Below are positions 46,371-55,893 of a DNA stretch of 64,000 nucleotides, piece by piece (position 1 is the first letter of the stretch; every line of letters starts with the position of its first letter). This stretch comes from Acidimicrobiia bacterium (GTDB lineage: Bacteria; Actinomycetota; Acidimicrobiia; Spongiisociales; UBA5794). The DNA lies in assembly GCA_003235475.1 (NCBI GenBank), contig QJWC01000044.1, positions 27,451 to 91,450 on the forward strand. Reading direction: 5' to 3'. The translations under genes were made by a program, and so were the position numbers. Under the pieces are notes generated by a model that ran no database searches, had not been told where the DNA came from, and worked only from the letters and a program-made list of their open reading frames with translations.

Positions 46371-48544
46371 ACCTTCTCGAGCGGAGCCCACGCAAGGAGG
46401 AGCCGCTTCGACCCGTGGCCGTTGAAGCTGACGACGGCCTCGGCTCGATCCCCCTCGCCGATGATGTCCGTCACGACACCTTCGCCCCAGTGGGAATGGC
46501 GGACGCGGTCCCCACGCTCGATGTCCGCGTCGGAAACGGTTGACACGGGGGTCCTCGCCTCCATGGTCGTCCGCCTGGTCCGCTTGGTACTCCGGATGAG
46601 GTGGTCAGGGATCTCGCCGAGGAACCTGCTCGCGCCGTTGAAGTTGTTCTGGCCCCAGAGGTTGCGGCTCCACGCCCTCGTCAGGAACAGGCGTTCCTCT
46701 GCTCGCGTGATGCCGACGTAGCAGAGGCGCCTCTCTTCCTCGAGCTCCGCAGGGTTGCCCAGGGACCGCATGTGCGGGAAGACACCCTCCTCGAGCCCCG
46801 TCATGAACACCGCTGGGAACTCGAGGCCCTTCGCGTTGTGGAGCGTCATCAGCGTGACGGCCGTGGTGTCAGCCATCGAGTCAACGTCTGTGACGAGGCT
46901 GATCGACTCCAGGAACATGCTGAGCTTCTCCGGCCCCTCGAGGGCGTTCCACTCGTCTGGCCCCATCGAGGCTGGCCCCACTTCCTCGAATTCCGCAGCG
47001 GCCGTCAGGAGCTCCTTGAGGTTCTCTTCGCGACCCATCGCTTCGACCGTGCGCTCGACACGGAGCATGTCGAGATAGCCGGTGTCGTTGAGGACCGCAT
47101 CGACGGCGGCGCCCGGACCGGCCATCGCCTTGTCCGCAATACCGTCCATGACCGAGACGAACTCGAGGACCGCGTTCTGCGCGCGAGCCGTGAGCCCGTC
47201 GACTTCGCGAGCCCTCCGCAGTGCCTCGCTGAACGTGATCCGTTCCCTTTCGGCGAATCGATCGAGGTGGCCTATCGACGTGTCGCCGATCCCGCGCTTC
47301 GGCTCGTTGATGATGCGTTTCACGGACACCTGGTCGTCGGGGTTCACGACTGCTTTGAGATAGGCGAGCGCGTCCTTGACCTCCCGCCGGTCGTAGTACT
47401 TGAGGCCGCCCACGACCTGGTAGGTGACGCCGAACCGAACGAATATCTCCTCGATGACGCGGGACTGCGCGTTCGTGCGGTAGAAGACCGCGATGTCCTC
47501 GAGACTCCGGCCCCCGTCCTGCAATCGAGCGATCTCCTCGGCGATGAAGGCAGCTTCTTCCTGCTCGTCCTGCGCCTCGAAGACGACGATGCGGTCTCCG
47601 CTCCCCTCATCCGTCCAGAGCCGCTTCGCCTTGCGTCCCGCGTTGTTCGAGATCACCGCGTTAGCTGCGTCGAGGATGGTCTGCGTCGACCGGTAGTTCT
47701 GCTCGAGGAGCACGATCTTCGCGTCCGGATAGTCCTTCTCGAAGTCGAGGATGTTGCGCAGGTCCGCACCCCTGAACGCGTAGATCGACTGATCGGAGTC
47801 GCCGACGACGCACACGTTCTGGTGGGTGCGCCCCAGGAGGTTCACGAGCATGTACTGCGCCCGGTTGGTGTCCTGGTACTCGTCGACGAGGATGTAGCGG
47901 AACCGGTTCTGCCACCGCTCGAGCACGTCGGGAAAGGCTTGGAACAGCTCGACGGTCAGCTTCAGGATGTCGTCGAAGTCGACCGCGGAAGCCTCGACGA
48001 GGCGTTGCTGATACAACCTGTAGATGTCCGAGACCTTCTCGTGGTAGTACCCGGCATCCTGGGAGGCAAACGTCTCGTAGTCGACGAGCTCGTTCTTGGC
48101 ATTCGAGATCACACCCTTGATCTGGCGCGGCGGGAACCGCTTCGGATCGAGGTCGAGATCCTTGATGCACATGGTGATCAGCCGGTTCGCGTCTGCGTCG
48201 TCGTAGATCGTGAAGGCAGACCGGTAGCCGAACCGGTGGATCTCCTGCCTCAGGATGCGGACGCACGCCGAGTGGAACGTCGAGACCCACATGTTCTGTG
48301 CAACGGGGCCGACGAGCGAGGCGACACGCTCTTTCATCTCCCCGGCGGCCTTGTTCGTGAATGTGATGGCGAGGATCTCGTACGGGGACACACCGAGGTC
48401 GCGGATCAGGTGCGCGATGCGATACGTGAGCACCCTCGTCTTGCCGGAGCCCGCGCCCGCGATCACAAGCAGTGGGCCCTCCGTTGCGGCGACCGCTTCA
48501 CGCTGGGTGGGGTTCAGCGCATCGAGGAGGGGGTACTCAGGCAT
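46367..48544 (-). CDS. pcrA: UvrD/PcrA-family ATP-dependent DNA helicase
   Basis: ATG 48544 (MPEYPLLDALNPTQREAV). Motifs AGAGSGKTRVLT, ILVDEYQDTN and VTLMTLHNAKGLEF. It has a C-terminal Tudor-like tail. Confidence 0.9.
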   Translation of the reverse strand: MPEYPLLDALNPTQREAVAATEGPLLVIAGAGSGKTRVLTYRIAHLIRDLGVSPYEILAITFTNKAAGEMKERVASLVGPVAQNMWVSTFHSACVRILRQEIHRFGYRSAFTIYDDADANRLITMCIKDLDLDPKRFPPRQIKGVISNAKNELVDYETFASQDAGYYHEKVSDIYRLYQQRLVEASAVDFDDILKLTVELFQAFPDVLERWQNRFRYILVDEYQDTNRAQYMLVNLLGRTHQNVCVVGDSDQSIYAFRGADLRNILDFEKDYPDAKIVLLEQNYRSTQTILDAANAVISNNAGRKAKRLWTDEGSGDRIVVFEAQDEQEEAAFIAEEIARLQDGGRSLEDIAVFYRTNAQSRVIEEIFVRFGVTYQVVGGLKYYDRREVKDALAYLKAVVNPDDQVSVKRIINEPKRGIGDTSIGHLDRFAERERITFSEALRRAREVDGLTARAQNAVLEFVSVMDGIADKAMAGPGAAVDAVLNDTGYLDMLRVERTVEAMGREENLKELLTAAAEFEEVGPASMGPDEWNALEGPEKLSMFLESISLVTDVDSMADTTAVTLMTLHNAKGLEFPAVFMTGLEEGVFPHMRSLGNPAELEEERRLCYVGITRAEERLFLTRAWSRNLWGQNNFNGASRFLGEIPDHLIRSTKRTRRTTMEARTPVSTVSDADIERGDRVRHSHWGEGVVTDIIGEGDRAEAVVSFNGHGSKRLLLAWAPLEKV

Positions 48545-48576
48545 CGGCGGCGAGTGTACCGATGCGGGGTGTCGCG

Positions 48577-48717
48577 CTAATTCACGAAGATGAAATACCA
48601 GGCAACGAGAAGGACGAGGGCACCGGCCACGAGGAATCCCATGTGGAGAACCTTCTTGAACAACCACCATGCCACGGCGATGATGGCGACCACGACGAGA
48701 AGCGCGACAATGGACAA
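48577..48717 (-). CDS. Candidate small two-TM membrane protein (46 aa), absent from the ORF track
   Basis: TTG 48717 with GGAGG 5 nt upstream. Translation: (M)SIVALLVVVAIIAVAWWLFKKVLHMGFLVAGALVLLVAWYFIFVN, ending at a TAG stop. Third codon positions are GC-rich like the neighbouring genes. Confidence 0.35.
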   Translation of the reverse strand: MSIVALLVVVAIIAVAWWLFKKVLHMGFLVAGALVLLVAWYFIFVN

Positions 48718-48761
48718 GGTGACCTCCGTTGTTCGGGTGCAGTCAGCCTACCTGCGGACTG

Positions 48762-51317
48762 TCAACTTGCGATGTCAGCCGAGGTCGGCCTGCCGGACGT
48801 GACCAGCTCGCGCAACGTCTCGACGAGCGCTCCCTTCGCGAAGTCAGACTTGTCGAAGATCGCGTCTGCGCCTGCCCGGTCGGCCCGTGCCCGGTCCTCC
48901 TCGTCGGCGACGCCCGAGAGCATCACGACGGGGATGTCGCCGTACCGCTGGCGGACCATGTGGATGAGAGCGACACCGTCCGCCCTTGGCATCGAGAAGT
49001 CGACGATGAGGGCATCCACCCTCGTCTTCGCGAGAGCAGCGAGTGCATCCGAGACGCTGCCAGCCGACACCGTCGAGAACCCATGCGACGCGAGCACGCC
49101 GGAAACGACTTGGCGGACGCCCTGGCTGTCATCGACGATCAAGACGGAATGGCCGCTTCCCTCCGGACCAGAATCGGTGTGCCGCATTCGGTCTGCGAGA
49201 CGGCCTGAGTCCACCAGCATCACGGTCTCTCCTCCACCGAGAAGGGCTGCACCCGAAACAACGGTGGAGCCACTGAGGAGGGGTCCGAGATCCTTTGTCG
49301 ACACCTCGGACACAGACAGCACCGCGTCGACCGCGATTGCGATCACGCCTGTCGGGCTCTTGAGGAACATGACCTGAGCTGGTGAGCCTTCGGAATCGAG
49401 GCCCGCAGCAGAAGCGAACGAGCTGTACGGAACTGCCTCGTCGCCCACCGCGATGGTGGTGCCCTCGGCGGTGTGGTCGACCGTGACGTCTGCGAGGTCG
49501 AAGACGTCGAGCACGGCGCTGTCCGGGATACCCCAGATACGCCCGCCTGCTGAAAAGATCCTGGCCCGCTGCAGAGCACGGTGCGCCGGAACGGTGACGA
49601 CGAACGTCGTGCCACGGCCCGCGACGGTTTCGAGCGTCATTGTTCCGAACACCTCTTCGACGATCGCGGTGACTCGCGCGAGGCCGTCGCCGTCGCCGAC
49701 GAACTCTGTCGCCCTCGCTGTCGTCGAGAACGAGGGCAGGTAGAGGATCGAGCGGAGTTCGTCGTCGGAAGGATGCCCCTCGACGAGCCCCTCCGCGAGC
49801 GCTCGTTCGCGCACGGCGGTCCAGTCGATACCGGATCCGTCGTCCTTCACCACGATCTGCACGTTCTGGTCGTCCCTGCTCAGGGAGACCTTCACTGCGC
49901 CCTCCGGTGTCTTCCCGAGGGCGAGACGTTGCTCCACGGGTTCGATCCCGTGCGCGACGGCGTTGACGACCAGCTGGCGGATGATCTCGCCGATGCGATC
50001 GACGAGCTGGCGGTCGACGAGCGTGTCGGCCCCATCGATGGTCAGGGCGATCTCCCTGCGCACACGCTTTGCGAGGTACTTGCTCAGCTGAGGAAGGGTG
50101 GCGATGACCGTCTCGACAGGCATCATCGTGAGGCCGAGGGCACCGGACTGAAGAGTCGCCGATGCCTTCCGAAGGCTCTCGAGCGCTTCGAGGGAGCCAG
50201 CGACTGCCCCGGTGGAGAGCGCCGAATTCGACTTCTGCAGGATGTCGGCAGCCTGGTTCACCGCTGACTCGACATCGATCCTCAACGCGGCGACGTCGTT
50301 GATGAGGCGGAAGAGCCGCCCCGCATTCACGGGAACGGACTCCTCCGCCGCCCAGGTCTCGACGGCGCCCAGCAGGCCGCCGAGGTCATAGGTGTCGTGC
50401 TCGCCGTCGACCAACGACGACATGTCGTCGACGAGGACGAGCTTGGGCGGTTCATCGAGCGCCGCGGACTCCTCGAGCGTGGCGATGCTGATGCTCGGCG
50501 CAGGCTCCACCTCAGCTGGCTTTGGTTCCTTGGCGTCTGCGTCCGTTGGCACGGGTGCCTCTGCAAAGGCGGATGACACGATCTCGTAGGTGATCACCGG
50601 TGTCGGAAGGCGGCCGTCTGGCCCGGGCTCGAAGATGAGGGCGTCCCACGCATCATCGTCAGCGATGGCGATGTCGCGATGTTCGTCGTCGTCCGATCCC
50701 ACGTTCTCAGGATCCACGGCTGTTGAGTCGCTGCCGTCTCCGGTGGCGTCGTGCGCATCCGGCACAACGTCTTCGCCCGAGGCGGGGTCCGCGGATTCGT
50801 CGTCCCGTGTGGGCGCTTCCTCCAGCGTGGCGTCTTCCACGACGGGTTCATCCGGGACGTCCTCGGGCGCCGTTGAGTCGGCGCTGGCCTCGGTGTCCGA
50901 ATCGTCTTCGTCAGCAAGGGGGTTCGGGAGCATCTCGAGCAGCTCCTCGTCGATCACAAGGGCCCTCACTGCGTCGATGGCGACCGAGATCGACCGCTCC
51001 TCACCCGAGAGCGCGCCTGGGATCGCTTCGGCGAGGTGCTGGAGCGTGCGGGCGAGCATCGACGACGGTTCGAGTCGGCCCTGCTGGATCCATCGCCACA
51101 CGAGTTCTGAGGTCTCTCCGCCACGGGCGACGGCTTCGTATCCCATGACCCTGCCGGTGCCCTTGATCGTGTGGCCCTCGCGGAGCATCGTGCCAGCGAC
51201 CTCCGACCCGGCTTCGCCGTCGGCCATCGCCCTCGCGCCTTCGATGAGCGACTTCGATCGCTCGTCGAGTTCGTCCTTGAAGAGCTTCTCGAGCTCCGGA
51301 TCCTGAAGAATGTCCAT
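48762..51317 (-). CDS. CheA-type hybrid histidine kinase (Hpt - acidic linker - HATPase - CheW-like - REC)
   Basis: ATG 51317 (MDILQDPELEKLFKDELDE). Hpt His at residue 49 (REGHTIKGTG). CheA-type ATPase motifs NAVAHGIEP and VKDDGSGID, then a CheW-like domain. C-terminal receiver with VLIVDDS and LIVDFSMPRADG. Confidence 0.85.
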   Translation of the reverse strand: MDILQDPELEKLFKDELDERSKSLIEGARAMADGEAGSEVAGTMLREGHTIKGTGRVMGYEAVARGGETSELVWRWIQQGRLEPSSMLARTLQHLAEAIPGALSGEERSISVAIDAVRALVIDEELLEMLPNPLADEDDSDTEASADSTAPEDVPDEPVVEDATLEEAPTRDDESADPASGEDVVPDAHDATGDGSDSTAVDPENVGSDDDEHRDIAIADDDAWDALIFEPGPDGRLPTPVITYEIVSSAFAEAPVPTDADAKEPKPAEVEPAPSISIATLEESAALDEPPKLVLVDDMSSLVDGEHDTYDLGGLLGAVETWAAEESVPVNAGRLFRLINDVAALRIDVESAVNQAADILQKSNSALSTGAVAGSLEALESLRKASATLQSGALGLTMMPVETVIATLPQLSKYLAKRVRREIALTIDGADTLVDRQLVDRIGEIIRQLVVNAVAHGIEPVEQRLALGKTPEGAVKVSLSRDDQNVQIVVKDDGSGIDWTAVRERALAEGLVEGHPSDDELRSILYLPSFSTTARATEFVGDGDGLARVTAIVEEVFGTMTLETVAGRGTTFVVTVPAHRALQRARIFSAGGRIWGIPDSAVLDVFDLADVTVDHTAEGTTIAVGDEAVPYSSFASAAGLDSEGSPAQVMFLKSPTGVIAIAVDAVLSVSEVSTKDLGPLLSGSTVVSGAALLGGGETVMLVDSGRLADRMRHTDSGPEGSGHSVLIVDDSQGVRQVVSGVLASHGFSTVSAGSVSDALAALAKTRVDALIVDFSMPRADGVALIHMVRQRYGDIPVVMLSGVADEEDRARADRAGADAIFDKSDFAKGALVETLRELVTSGRPTSADIAS

Positions 51318-51435
51318 TACGCCTGGAGTGGGGAAACTGCTGGGCCCACACAGCGATATCGACCCTTCCAGCACTGCGCTTGAGGGGTATGACTAGTGCC
51401 CTCTCACGCTTCCTTTTCCGGCGGCTGTCGGCCGG

Positions 51436-53007
51436 TCACTCCCACTCGATGGTGGCGGGCGGTTTCGACGAGATGTCGTAGGCCACCCGGTTGATCCCGG
51501 GGACCTCGTTGATGACCCGCGATGAGATCTTTGCAAGCACGTCGTGGGGAATCCGAGCCCAGTCGGCGGTCATCGCGTCATCGCTCGTCACTGCGCGGAT
51601 GATGAGCGGATAGGCGTAGGTGCGGCCGTCACCTTGGACCCCGACGCTCCGGATCGCTGGCAGCACCCCGAACGACTGCCAGATCTCTCGGTAGAGGCCC
51701 GCTTTGCGGATCTCGTCGACGACGATCGCATCGGCCGCCCGCAGAATGTCAAGGCGCTCCTTGGTGATGTCGCCGATGATCCTCACCGCGAGGCCGGGGC
51801 CCGGGAACGGCTGGCGCCACACCATCTCCTCCGGCAAGCCCAACTCCTCGCCGACGGCGCGGACCTCGTCCTTGAAAAGGTCACGCAGGGGTTCGATCAG
51901 CTCGAACGTCATGTCGTCAGGAAGTCCGCCGACGTTGTGGTGCGACTTGATCTTTGCGGCATCCTTCGTCCCGGATTCGATGACGTCCGGGTAGAGCGTG
52001 CCCTGCACGAGGAACCTCGCACCTTCGATGCCCTCTGCGACCTCCTCGAACACCCTGATGAAGGTCTCGCCGATGATCTTCCGCTTCTCCTCGGGATCGG
52101 TGACGCCGCTCAGGGCGTCGAGGAAGCGTTCCTCGGCCTTGACATGGACCAGGTTCATCTTGAAGTGGTTGCGGAAGGTCTCCTCGACCTGGGCCGCCTC
52201 CCCTTGGCGCATGAGGCCGTGGTCCACGAACACGCACACGAGCTGGTCGCCGATGGCCTTGTGGACGATCGCCGCCGCGACCGACGAGTCGACCCCGCCT
52301 GAGAGGCCGCAAATGGCAACACGCTCCCCGACGGCGTCCCTGATCGCGTCGACCGACTGCTCGATGATGCCGACATGGGTCCACGTCGGGCGAGCGCCGC
52401 AAGCGTGCCAGAGGAACTCTTCGAGGATCTGCTGGCCGTGGTCGGTGTGGGCGACCTCCGGGTGGAACTGGACGCCGTACATCCCCCTGCTGGCGTTCTC
52501 CATCGCTGCGACGGGTGCTTCTTCTGTCGACGCCGTCACCACGAACCCGTCGGGGGCTTCCGCAACGGCGTCGTTGTGGCTCATCCACACCTGCTGCGTG
52601 GTTGGCTGGCCGACGAAGAGACGAGACGCCCCTGGAGTGACCTCGAGGGTGGTTCCTCCGAATTCTGAACCGCCGGTGTTCGAGACGGTGCCGCCGAGGG
52701 TCTTGGCAAGCACCTGATGTCCGTAGCAGATGCCGAGCACGGGGATACCGAGATCGAGGATGTCGGGGTCGAGGTCGTATGCGTCCTCGGCGTACACGGA
52801 TGCGGGTCCTCCCGAAAGGATGATGCCCACCGGGTCCTTGGCCGCCACCTCAGCAGCGGTGACATCCCTGGGGACGATCTCTGAGAACACGCGGGCCTCT
52901 CGGACGCGCCGAGCGATCAGCTGCGCGTACTGCGCTCCGAAGTCGACGACGAGGACCCTGTCGAAGTCCCCTTGCGATGCGTGGCCTGACGTACTCGACG
53001 TGGCCAT
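51436..53007 (-). CDS. guaA: Glutamine-hydrolysing GMP synthase
   Basis: ATG 53007 overlaps the upstream stop (TGATG); the ORF opens at TTG 53010. GATase motif GICYGHQ, ATP-PPase motif GLSGGVDSS, and the C-terminal IEWE. Confidence 0.95.
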   Translation of the reverse strand: MATSSTSGHASQGDFDRVLVVDFGAQYAQLIARRVREARVFSEIVPRDVTAAEVAAKDPVGIILSGGPASVYAEDAYDLDPDILDLGIPVLGICYGHQVLAKTLGGTVSNTGGSEFGGTTLEVTPGASRLFVGQPTTQQVWMSHNDAVAEAPDGFVVTASTEEAPVAAMENASRGMYGVQFHPEVAHTDHGQQILEEFLWHACGARPTWTHVGIIEQSVDAIRDAVGERVAICGLSGGVDSSVAAAIVHKAIGDQLVCVFVDHGLMRQGEAAQVEETFRNHFKMNLVHVKAEERFLDALSGVTDPEEKRKIIGETFIRVFEEVAEGIEGARFLVQGTLYPDVIESGTKDAAKIKSHHNVGGLPDDMTFELIEPLRDLFKDEVRAVGEELGLPEEMVWRQPFPGPGLAVRIIGDITKERLDILRAADAIVVDEIRKAGLYREIWQSFGVLPAIRSVGVQGDGRTYAYPLIIRAVTSDDAMTADWARIPHDVLAKISSRVINEVPGINRVAYDISSKPPATIEWE

Positions 53008-54164
53008 CAACCCATCCCGACGCCCTGGGATCGCTGGAGCTGCTTGCCCTCTGTCTGGAGCGCCGGGGCGATCATGACCTCGGCCTTCTGGAACTCCTTG
53101 ACGGTCGCGTAGCCGGTGGTGGCCATCGACCCGCGAAGCCCGCCGAAGAGGTTGCGCCTTCCGTCGTTCTCGTGCGCCGGACCGAGAAGGATCTCTTCGA
53201 GGGAACCAAGGATGCCTGTCTTCACGCGCGATCCACGGGGAAGCGTCGGGTGGAAGGTCGCCATCCCCCAGTGGTAGCCGCCGGTCGGTGACTCGGTCGA
53301 CGCGGCAATGGGCGAACCCAGCATCACTGCGTCAGCGCCGCATGCGATCGCCTTCGAGACGTCACCGCCGGTACGCATGCCTCCGTCGGCAATCACGTGC
53401 ACGTAGCGGCCCGTCTCCTCGAGGTAGGCGGAGCGTGCTCCGGCGGCGTCTGCGATCGCGGTCGCCTGGGGAACGCCGATTCCAAGCACGCCGCGGGTCG
53501 TGCATGCTGCACCCGGGCCTACGCCCACGAGCACGCCGACCGCGCCGGTGCGCATGAGGTGGAGGGCACCGGAGTACGAGGCACATCCGCCAACGATGAC
53601 GGGGAGTTCGACGTCGCGGATGAACTTGAAGAGGTCGAGCGGGGCTTCCCTGGATGAGACATGCTCCGCAGAAACGACCGTGCCCTGGATGACGAGCACA
53701 TCGAGCCCGCCAGCCTTGGCGTAGTCGACGTACTTCGCGACGTTCGGCGGGGTGAGGGATCCACAGGTCACCACGCCTGCGTCCTTGATCTCACGTATGC
53801 GCTGGGTGATGAGTTCGGGGATCACCGGGGCCGAGTACATCTCCTGCATGCGGCGGGTCGCCTTCTCGTTGTCGAGCTCAGCGATCTCCTCGTAGACGGG
53901 GATCGGATCCTCGTAGCGAGTCCATAGGCCCTCGAGGTTGAGGGCTGCGAGGCCACCGAGCCTGCCGATCTCAATCGCAGTCGCCGGTGTGACCGCGGAA
54001 TCCATGCCGGATGCCATCATCGGGAGGTCGAACGTGAACGCGTCGATCTCCCACGACAGGTCGACATCCTCGGGGTCCCTGGTCCTGCGTGACGGCACGA
54101 TTGCGATGTCGTCGAAGCCCCACGCCCGACGACCGGACTTCGCCATCCCGATCTCAATTTGCAC
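53007..54164 (-). CDS. IMP dehydrogenase-family protein without CBS insert (GuaB3-like)
   Basis: 385 aa. GTG start with a GGAGG RBS. TIM-barrel motifs [12 protein letters not shown] and [10 protein letters not shown]. No CBS pair is evident. Confidence 0.8.
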   Translation of the reverse strand: MQIEIGMAKSGRRAWGFDDIAIVPSRRTRDPEDVDLSWEIDAFTFDLPMMASGMDSAVTPATAIEIGRLGGLAALNLEGLWTRYEDPIPVYEEIAELDNEKATRRMQEMYSAPVIPELITQRIREIKDAGVVTCGSLTPPNVAKYVDYAKAGGLDVLVIQGTVVSAEHVSSREAPLDLFKFIRDVELPVIVGGCASYSGALHLMRTGAVGVLVGVGPGAACTTRGVLGIGVPQATAIADAAGARSAYLEETGRYVHVIADGGMRTGGDVSKAIACGADAVMLGSPIAASTESPTGGYHWGMATFHPTLPRGSRVKTGILGSLEEILLGPAHENDGRRNLFGGLRGSMATTGYATVKEFQKAEVMIAPALQTEGKQLQRSQGVGMG

Positions 54165-54252
54165 GAAGGAACCTCCGGAGCGCCAAAAAAGGAAGGGTAG
54201 TCACTCCCCTGCCCATGCGGGCTGGTGCCTCTCGCCCGATACGGGGTTGGTG

Positions 54253-54771
54253 TCAGTCCTTGGCCATCGGGTCGCCGACCTGGCCGTCGATCGCCTCGCG
54301 GATGAGATCCGCGTGGCCGAGATGGCGTGCGTACTCCTCGATCAGGTGAACGAGCACCCACCGGAGCGAGTAGCGAACGGGTCGCTCGCGGGGCCCGACG
54401 TCGTCGAGGTCCATTTCGGCGTAGATCGCTTCCGCTTCCCCGACCTCGGACCAGAACCGTTCGAGCGCGCTGTCGATCGTCACATCCGATGAAGGATGGA
54501 AGTCGGCGTCTCGATCATCCCTGCTGGAGTAGATCGCGGAAGTGGATCGCCCCGCGAGCCCTCGCTGCGACCATCCGCGCTCCACATCGGTGAGATGGCA
54601 CACGAGTCCGAGCAGTGTGAGATCGCTGGGAGGGCAGGTCGCCTCCCTTGCTGCCGCTTCACTGACGCCGCGCACCTTGAACTCGAGGAACTTGCGCTGG
54701 TGCTGGAGGAATCCGAGCAGCGTGGTGCGTTCGTCTGACTCCGCGAGCTCATCCTTGGGCCACCTCGGCAT
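54253..54771 (-). CDS. DinB-superfamily (DUF664-like) protein
   Basis: 172 aa with four-helix-bundle His motifs (HLTDVERGW and EYARHLGHADLIRE). Confidence 0.7.
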   Translation of the reverse strand: MPRWPKDELAESDERTTLLGFLQHQRKFLEFKVRGVSEAAAREATCPPSDLTLLGLVCHLTDVERGWSQRGLAGRSTSAIYSSRDDRDADFHPSSDVTIDSALERFWSEVGEAEAIYAEMDLDDVGPRERPVRYSLRWVLVHLIEEYARHLGHADLIREAIDGQVGDPMAKD

Positions 54772-54781
54772 TCGAGTCTCC

Positions 54782-55777
54782 TCAGAACCGCTTCACACCT
54801 GTCGCGGCACGCACGAGGTCCATGGTGGCCGCCGCCATCTCAGCGCCCTTGATGCCCGACGCGTGGAGCACGGCACGCACGTCGCCATCGTCGAGCGCGT
54901 CATGCGCCTCTTTGATAGGGGCCAGCTCCTCGATCACTACATCGGCAACGGCGTCCTTGAAGATGCCATACCCCGTATGCGCATACTCGTCAACGAGGTT
55001 GTCGATCGAACGCCCGGTGCAGGCGGACATGATCTCCAGGAGGTTCGAGATGCCGGGCTTGTCCTCCCGGTCGAATCGCACCTCAGGGTCACTGTCGGTG
55101 ACGGCAGACCGAATTCGCTTCCGGATCACATCGGGCTCGTCAGTGAGGTCGATCCGGGATTTCTCCTGTGGATCGGACTTGGACATCTTGTCGGTCGGAT
55201 TGGTGAGCGACATCACTCGTGCGGAGGTCTCCGGGATGTAACCCTCTGGGATCGGAAAGATCTCACCGAACCGGTTGTTGAAGCGCTCCGCGAGATCCCT
55301 CGTCACTTCGATGTGTTGGCGCTGGTCGTCCCCGACCGGCACGAGGTTCGCGCGGTAGAGAAGGATGTCGGCGGCCATCAACACGGGATACGAATACAGG
55401 CCGAGGTTCGGGCTCGCGCCCCTCGCCGTCTTGTCCTTGAACTGCGTCATCCGGTTGAGCACACCCATCGGCGTCATCGCGCCGAGGATCCAGGCGAGCT
55501 CAGCGTGCTCGGGTACCTGCGACTGGTTGTACAGAAGCGACCGATCGGGGTCGACACCGAGAGCGATCAGCACCTTGGCCGTCTCGATACGGGCCGCTGC
55601 CAGCTCAGCAGGGTCGTACTCCACGGTCATGGCATGAAGGTCCACGATGCAGTAGATGGTGTCGTACTCGTCCTGGAGGCGCGCCCAGTTCCTGAACGCT
55701 CCCAGATATCCGCCGAGGTGCATGTTCCCGGTCGGTTGGACACCTGAAAAGATTCGGGGTCGGGTCTGGTCCGCCAC
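54782..55777 (-). CDS. trpS: Tryptophan--tRNA ligase
   Basis: GTG 55777 with a GGAGGA RBS 6 nt upstream. A HIGH-like motif (TGNMHLGGYLG) and the KMSKS motif are present. Confidence 0.95.
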   Translation of the reverse strand: MADQTRPRIFSGVQPTGNMHLGGYLGAFRNWARLQDEYDTIYCIVDLHAMTVEYDPAELAAARIETAKVLIALGVDPDRSLLYNQSQVPEHAELAWILGAMTPMGVLNRMTQFKDKTARGASPNLGLYSYPVLMAADILLYRANLVPVGDDQRQHIEVTRDLAERFNNRFGEIFPIPEGYIPETSARVMSLTNPTDKMSKSDPQEKSRIDLTDEPDVIRKRIRSAVTDSDPEVRFDREDKPGISNLLEIMSACTGRSIDNLVDEYAHTGYGIFKDAVADVVIEELAPIKEAHDALDDGDVRAVLHASGIKGAEMAAATMDLVRAATGVKRF

Positions 55778-55893
55778 CAACGCTCCTCCGTCGCAATCGC
55801 TTCGGACAACGATACGGAAGGCCACGCCCAATGCCCGGCCCACACGCACCGGCACGAGGTGTGGCATCCTTCGTATGCGAGCCAAGGAGTTGC

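Noticed and set aside
46601-48580. 659-aa plus-strand ORF opposite pcrA
   Set aside because: It is antisense to a helicase with all the UvrD motifs. The sequence is low-complexity and rich in R, E, D and L. No RBS or start context is visible.
51318-51435. Short inverted repeats (CCGGC-N7-GCCGG, GAGGG-N12-CCCTC) between guaA and the CheA-like gene
   Set aside because: The stems are only 5 bp with large loops. On the transcribed strand the first is followed by an A-run rather than a U-run. Evidence is insufficient for a terminator or riboswitch.
54165-54252. T6 run (minus strand CCTTCCTTTTTTGG) after the DinB-family gene, as a possible intrinsic terminator
   Set aside because: The run is unusual for this GC content. 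However, the preceding sequence forms only 3-6 bp imperfect stems, and these lie 17 nt from the U-tract, so it is not a canonical terminator. I could not support an sRNA either.
55778-55893. T-box or Trp-leader element upstream of trpS
   Set aside because: There is no T-box consensus (AGGGUGGNACCGCG-like), no specifier/antiterminator architecture and no Trp-codon leader peptide. The region simply contains the RBSs of two divergent genes.
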